Assembly: GCA_965287045.1 (NCBI GenBank)
Contig: OZ336871.1
Span: forward strand, 46,872,001 to 46,936,000
Direction: 5' to 3'
DNA length: 64,000 bases
Source of the DNA: Carcharhinus amblyrhynchos
Taxonomy: Eukaryota
Below are positions 62,560-64,000 of this stretch, piece by piece (position 1 is the stretch's first letter; every line of letters begins with the position of its first letter). The notes beneath the pieces were generated by a model that was given only the letters and a program-made list of their open reading frames with translations, was not told the DNA's origin and made no database searches. The position numbers were made by a program, and so were the translations under genes.

Positions 62560-64000
62560 CTGGGTGACTGCTTTGCAGAACACATTTGTTCTATCTGTAA
62601 GCATGACCCTGACTTTCTAGTCACTTGCCATTTCAACTCAGCATTTTATTCTCATGCCCACGTGTCCTTCCTTGGTTTGCTTCAATGCTCCAGTGAAGTC
62701 CAATGCAAAGTGAGAGAGCAACACATTACAGCCTTCAGGACTCAACATTGAGTTCAACAACTTTAGAGTGTGAACTTTGCCCTCCATATTGACCCTCTTT
62801 TTGTTAATAATTTCCTTGGTTTGTCCCCATGTAATCCCCCTCAGCGTCCCCACATGGATAGGGCCATCTGTCACTTATTCTCCAATCTTGCTTCCACTGA
62901 GCATTGACCTTTGTTCTCCTATTAATACATTCTGCTAACCTACTTTCATGTCCCTATTACCATTTCTTTAGTTTTTAATGCCTCCATTACCACTCAGTTT
63001 GTCTTGTCCCCATGGCATCTTTGTCAATCTTTTCTTAGCTCTGACCTATCCATGACCTTCTATTCTGCTGCAGCTCCTCCACCTGCCCCCAACTGTATAA
63101 TCCATTACACTTTTACCCCTCTCCAGTCCTGAAGCATGAACTCTGTTTCTCTCTTCACAGATGCTGCCAGAGCTGCTGAGTTTATCCAGCAGTTTCTGTT
63201 TTTGTTTTAGATTTCCAGCATCCGCAGTATTTTGCTTTTATTATAGCAAAGACATTTTTGTCTTTTGAGTTTTTAAAATAGTTTATTTTATGAACAAGGA
63301 AATAGTTTTATAAAGTGCCTAATAATCTTATTTTAATATTGGTGTATAATATTAATTTGTCAGAGAACTGAAGGGAAAAACTGATTAGCCATAATTACTA
63401 GTTAAACCCATAATAAGTACTGACTTTCACTTAGCACTAACCCTTAATCAGTTCCTGCTGTGAAGTCAAAAAGATCAAAAGCAGGGAATGACTCATAAGT
63501 TAGAAAATAAGAAATATTCATTGCCATTCGGTAGCAATGAGAAACTCAATGACCTGTACTTGTCTACACCATAATCAGGGTCATTAGGTGGATAAATAAC
63601 AGGATATCTTAGTGTTATTTATGACTACAGTTAAAGATCTATAGACATGCATAAAACTGCGAGAAGGACGAAAGAGAAATTATTTAACTGAAGCAGGGGT
63701 GGCTTGTGACTGTTTAACAACAAATTTTCTTTCAGTTTATACACTAGGAAATATAAACATCGTAAAATTTATTTGTTTTAAGTGTTAAGGGAAGAAAAGA
63801 GAGGCAAGGATTAGATACTTACAATCCCCTGTTATCTTTACTGAAAGTAACATTGCAGATATCACAGTAAAATGTTTCAGTGCTGAAAGTAATTGGGAAT
63901 ACATGGAACAATCTTTTTTGGACCTTATTAGTAGTGTGATTGTCTGGGGCAGCATTAAACAAATGGGAGCTCATCAGATGGGAGATTGTCCTCTATGAAA

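Larger units (their letters stand above)
61090..63243 (+). mobile_element. Penelope-like retroelement (RT plus GIY-YIG endonuclease, degraded) with terminal repeat
   Basis: LQIKGVAKGTH corresponds to the PLE RT motif GVAMGT. FTCSSFNLVHCIHCSQCGHYIEETKCRL / GDCFAEH..HFNS is a GIY-YIG domain with the CxxC insertion. Ends in an ACAGATGCTGCCAGAGCTGCTGAG repeat. Confidence 0.85.

Overview
This is vertebrate (not microbial) genomic DNA. The repeat content suggests an elasmobranch (shark): HE1-type V-SINEs, a SacSINE1/DeuSINE-like element, many CR1, L2 and RTE LINEs, and Penelope-like elements. The only intact protein-coding gene I can support is the Iroquois homeobox gene irx1 on the + strand, with 4 coding exons (22322-22552, 25092-26079, 26298-26367, 26643-26697) giving 447 aa with a TALE homeodomain and an IRO box. 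It sits in a roughly 20 kb CpG-retaining, transposon-poor domain (about 12-32 kb). The repeat-rich gene desert around it holds several candidate conserved non-coding elements. Less obvious signals: (1) minimal hammerhead-ribozyme motifs in two families of Penelope terminal repeats, one forming a 55-bp inverted pair; (2) a fossil Harbinger-type Myb/SANT ORF missed by the ORF track, plus a MITE family with a 3-bp target duplication; (3) an alternating 28-bp minisatellite inside an RTE LINE; (4) a V-SINE with a swapped 3' tail. There is a 500-N scaffold gap at 10551-11050. Repeat family names and boundaries come from motif recognition by eye, not from database searches.
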